A stretch of DNA of 64,000 bases, taken from contig CAVQXP010000004.1 in the NCBI GenBank assembly GCA_963717935.1, positions 1,600,001 through 1,664,000 of the forward strand. The letters are read 5' to 3'. Under the pieces are notes generated by a model. The model saw only the letters and a program-made list of their open reading frames with translations, did not search any database and was not told where the DNA came from. This document shows, in pieces, positions 61,268 to 64,000 of this stretch; position 1 is the stretch's first letter, and every line of letters begins with the position of its first letter. The translations under genes were made by a program, and so were the position numbers. This DNA is from Candidatus Eiseniibacteriota bacterium. GTDB lineage: Bacteria; Eisenbacteria; RBG-16-71-46.

Positions 61268-64000
61268 TCAGAAGCCGGGTTGGAGCGAGAGTTCCCAGTA
61301 CCAGCCCTGGCCGGGCCGGTCGTTGGGGTGGACGAGGTCGACCTCGCCGATGGCGAAGCCGAGCAGGTTGGCACGCAGGGCGACGCCGTAGCTCGTCACG
61401 GGACGGCGCGGGCCGCCAAGGATCCGGGTCCTCTCCTCCCGCGTCCAGGCGGTGCCGGCGTCGAAGAAGATCGCGGTCTCGATGGGCGGCACGGCCGGCG
61501 TGGGGTAGAGCCCGAGGGCCCCGAGCAGTGGCACCCGCAGCTCGAGGTTGGCCACGGCGAGCCGGCTGCCATACAGGCGATCGTAGGCAGTGGCCGCGGC
61601 CTGGTCGCCGTCGGTCAACTGGGTGCTGAAGGAGGCGTAGTCGTAGCCGCGCATCAGCCACGGGTCCCCGAGGTAGAGCCACGAGAGCCGCGAATCCTCG
61701 GCGCCGGGGCCATAGCGGCCGTAGTGGAGCGCCCGCCCGGCCAGGATGAAGGAGCGGCCGAGCCGCAGGTAGCGCCGGTAGTCGGCGAGCACGTCGTGAT
61801 ACTGGATGCTGCCCCCGAGCCCCGAGACCTCGAAGCGGTAGCGCTGGCCCATCACCGGGCTCGTGCCGCCGAAGACGCCGCTGTCGTGGACCAGCGCGAC
61901 CCCGCCGCCCGCGAGATTCAGCGAGGGCGGGTTGCCGTACGGGTTGTTCAGGGTCTCGTCCACGTACGTGGTGTTGTTGTCGTACACGATCCTGCGGACC
62001 CGGTTGGCGAAGGAGATGTTGCGCACCCCGGCCGAGAACTCCACGCGCGAGAAGCGGCTGAACGGGTAGGAGACGCTGCCCATCAGCGCCCGCTCGATCT
62101 GCCAGACGGTGTGCTCTTCCTCGCGCCACACGTCCTGACCGCCGGCTAGGGTGTCCACGCCCTGGAGGTAGTACTGCGTGATGTAGGGGATCTGGCTGGC
62201 CTGCAGCCCCCAGTTCCAGCGCGCGCGCAGGTCCTGGTACGCGACCGCTGTCGCCGTGTTGTTCAGGATGTTGCCGCCCACGTTCGTGATCTGAAGCAGG
62301 GTCACCAGCTCGTGATCGCCCAGCATGTCGCTCCAGTAGAGCCCCGCGCCGCCGCCCACGCCGACCCCGGCGGAGCCGGCCGCCACGCCCAGGCTCGGCT
62401 GGGAGACGTAGTCGAGCGAGAGCCGCGGACGGTAGCGCGTGGACGAGAAGCGCATGGTGTCCACGGCGGCGACCGCGGTGCGCGCCGAGTCCATCCAGGC
62501 CGCGCGGGCCCGCGGCGAAGGAGGCAGCGTCGCGGGGGCGGCTGCCGAGGAGTCGTGCCCGGCCGCTTGTGATTCGGCGCCGGCCACGGGCGCCACCGGC
62601 AGCGAATCGCGCACGGTGGCCAGCGCGACGGACAGCGAGTCGCGCACGGTGGCCGACACGACCAGAACCGAGTCGCGCACCGGGGTCAGCGCTGCCGGCA
62701 GCGAATCACGCACGGTGGCCAGCGCGGCGGGCAGCGAGTCGCGCGGCAGCCCGCCGGCACGGCGCGCCTCGTCGAGGCGGAAGAGCCCGAAGCTGCCGGC
62801 GTCGTAGGCGCTGAACACGATCTGGCCGGACTGGCGCGCCACCGTGAGGGCCGGGCTGAGGTGCGTCAGGCCCGAGACGCCGGTGAGCAGGTTGGTGAGC
62901 GGCTCGAGGTGTCCGCCCTCCAGGTCGAGGCGGTAGAGATTGGAGATCCCGTCGGGGTCGGCGATGAAGCAGAGGCTGCGCCCGTCGGGGGTCCACTGCG
63001 GGTTGATGTTCTTGCCGGTCGCGAAGGTCTCGAGCGCGCGGACGGCACCGGTCTCCGGGTCGATGAGGGCGAGGCGGTAGCTGCCGTAACGGGCGCCGTT
63101 CACCGCCGGGCCGAAGCGGTCGGTGACGAACGCGATGCTCTCTCCGTCGGGCGACCACGCGGGCTGCAGGTCGGCCCAGTCGTCGTGCGTGAGGCGGCGC
63201 GCGACCTTGCTCTCGAGGTCGAGCACCCAGAGATCCGTCACGCCCCGGCCGAGGGCGGAGAAGGCGATGCGCCGGCCGTCGGGGGACCAGGTCGGACGGA
63301 AGACCTCGCCGAGGTCCGCGAAAGGCACCCGCCGCACGATGCGGCCGCTCGCCACGTCCATCACCGAGAGCATGGGGCGGCCACGGCTCGCGCTGGAGAA
63401 GGCGAAGCGCTTGCCGTCGGGGCTCCACTCGCCGCCGGAGTTGATGAAGCCGAGATTCTGCATCTCGGGGTCCACGGTGCTCCGGGTGATGGCCCGCAGT
63501 ACCTTCCCGCTCACCGCGTCCGCGAGGTACATCTCGATCGAGAGCTGGCCGCGCTCCGAGAAGAAGACGACCTTCCGGCCGTCGGGCGAGAGTGCCGGAC
63601 CCAGGTTCATGCGGCCGATGCCGCGCTTCGCGATCACGAGCGGAGCGGCGGCCTTCAGGGTCGGCTCGGTCCGGCGGGCGAGCGGGCCCTCCCAGTCGCG
63701 CAGGGCCTGGTGCCAGCCCATGATGACCGAGTCGGCCGGCACGCCGAGCGTGCCCTGCAGCGCCTGGCGGACGTCGCCCGAGCGGCCCGCGGCCTTGAGC
63801 ACGCGGGCGACGGCATCCTCGCCGAAGCGGCCGGTCAGGTAGGCCCACAGCGACTGGCCGAAGCGGTAGGGGAAGTAGCGTGAATCCTCGAGCCGGCCGT
63901 AGTTCGGGAGCTTGTTGACCTGCGCCGCGTCGCGCATCCACATCGCGGTGTGCGGGTCGTCCGCACCCAGCGTCAGGTACTCGGCCATGCCCTCCATGAA
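61268..64000 (-). CDS. Omp85/BamA-TamA-family outer-membrane protein with peptidase-like and PD40/TolB beta-propeller domains (5' end outside the window)
   Basis: EGMAEY; repeated P.WSPDG units; MRGY, ELRVP, FFDAG; C-terminal Phe. Confidence 0.88.
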   Translation of the reverse strand, partial: FMEGMAEYLTLGADDPHTAMWMRDAAQVNKLPNYGRLEDSRYFPYRFGQSLWAYLTGRFGEDAVARVLKAAGRSGDVRQALQGTLGVPADSVIMGWHQALRDWEGPLARRTEPTLKAAAPLVIAKRGIGRMNLGPALSPDGRKVVFFSERGQLSIEMYLADAVSGKVLRAITRSTVDPEMQNLGFINSGGEWSPDGKRFAFSSASRGRPMLSVMDVASGRIVRRVPFADLGEVFRPTWSPDGRRIAFSALGRGVTDLWVLDLESKVARRLTHDDWADLQPAWSPDGESIAFVTDRFGPAVNGARYGSYRLALIDPETGAVRALETFATGKNINPQWTPDGRSLCFIADPDGISNLYRLDLEGGHLEPLTNLLTGVSGLTHLSPALTVARQSGQIVFSAYDAGSFGLFRLDEARRAGGLPRDSLPAALATVRDSLPAALTPVRDSVLVVSATVRDSLSVALATVRDSLPVAPVAGAESQAAGHDSSAAAPATLPPSPRARAAWMDSARTAVAAVDTMRFSSTRYRPRLSLDYVSQPSLGVAAGSAGVGVGGGAGLYWSDMLGDHELVTLLQITNVGGNILNNTATAVAYQDLRARWNWGLQASQIPYITQYYLQGVDTLAGGQDVWREEEHTVWQIERALMGSVSYPFSRFSRVEFSAGVRNISFANRVRRIVYDNNTTYVDETLNNPYGNPPSLNLAGGGVALVHDSGVFGGTSPVMGQRYRFEVSGLGGSIQYHDVLADYRRYLRLGRSFILAGRALHYGRYGPGAEDSRLSWLYLGDPWLMRGYDYASFSTQLTDGDQAAATAYDRLYGSRLAVANLELRVPLLGALGLYPTPAVPPIETAIFFDAGTAWTREERTRILGGPRRPVTSYGVALRANLLGFAIGEVDLVHPNDRPGQGWYWELSLQPGF
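62599..62744 (-). repeat. In-frame 33-bp tandem repeat (~4.4 copies) encoding RDSLPAALATV-like units
   Basis: Units begin at 62599, 62632, 62665, 62698 and 62731. Confidence 0.9.

Noticed and set aside
62599..62744. 33-bp repeats as a CRISPR array
   Set aside because: Contiguous, degenerate, in-frame coding repeats with no spacers and no cas genes.

Overview
High-GC (visually ~70%) bacterial chromosomal window, probably from an uncultured diderm anaerobe or facultative anaerobe. Lipoproteins, AsmA and a BamA/TamA-type barrel support a diderm envelope; an FCB-related lineage such as Ca. Eisenbacteria is a guess, not something shown by the sequence. 0-19 kb: osmotic/envelope-stress-type block with a Na+/H+ antiporter, cyclic beta-1,2-glucan synthase, small membrane proteins, a PA2779/C39/TPR/AsmA cluster, cspA and a nitronate monooxygenase-family gene. 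19-43 kb: signalling and central metabolism (NYN protein, hybrid histidine kinase, MFS, OsmC, fumC, ammonia-lyase, TlpA, pgi/tal, pckG, glk, M48 protease, tRNA-Leu(TAA), PAS-PP2C, ptb, and a Pta-like/butyrate kinase fusion). 43-54 kb: frameshift-ridden S46 peptidase, malQ, glnA-like and DUF885-like genes around an intact archaeal-type gatE-gatD pair. 54-64 kb: PDZ-PP2C, a degenerate oxidoreductase/porA-remnant/porB operon, nfuA, osmC and a TolB-BamA protein with 33-bp repeats. Best candidates for undescribed biology: (1) a bacterial gatE-gatD-glnA operon, since GatDE is classically archaea-only; (2) a butyrate kinase fused to a catalytically degenerate phosphotransacylase domain; (3) an unannotated 18-aa Trp-Trp micropeptide followed by a terminator; (4) two orphan IS3-OrfA-like DNA-binding proteins. 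All functional calls come from motif recognition by eye; no database searches were run.
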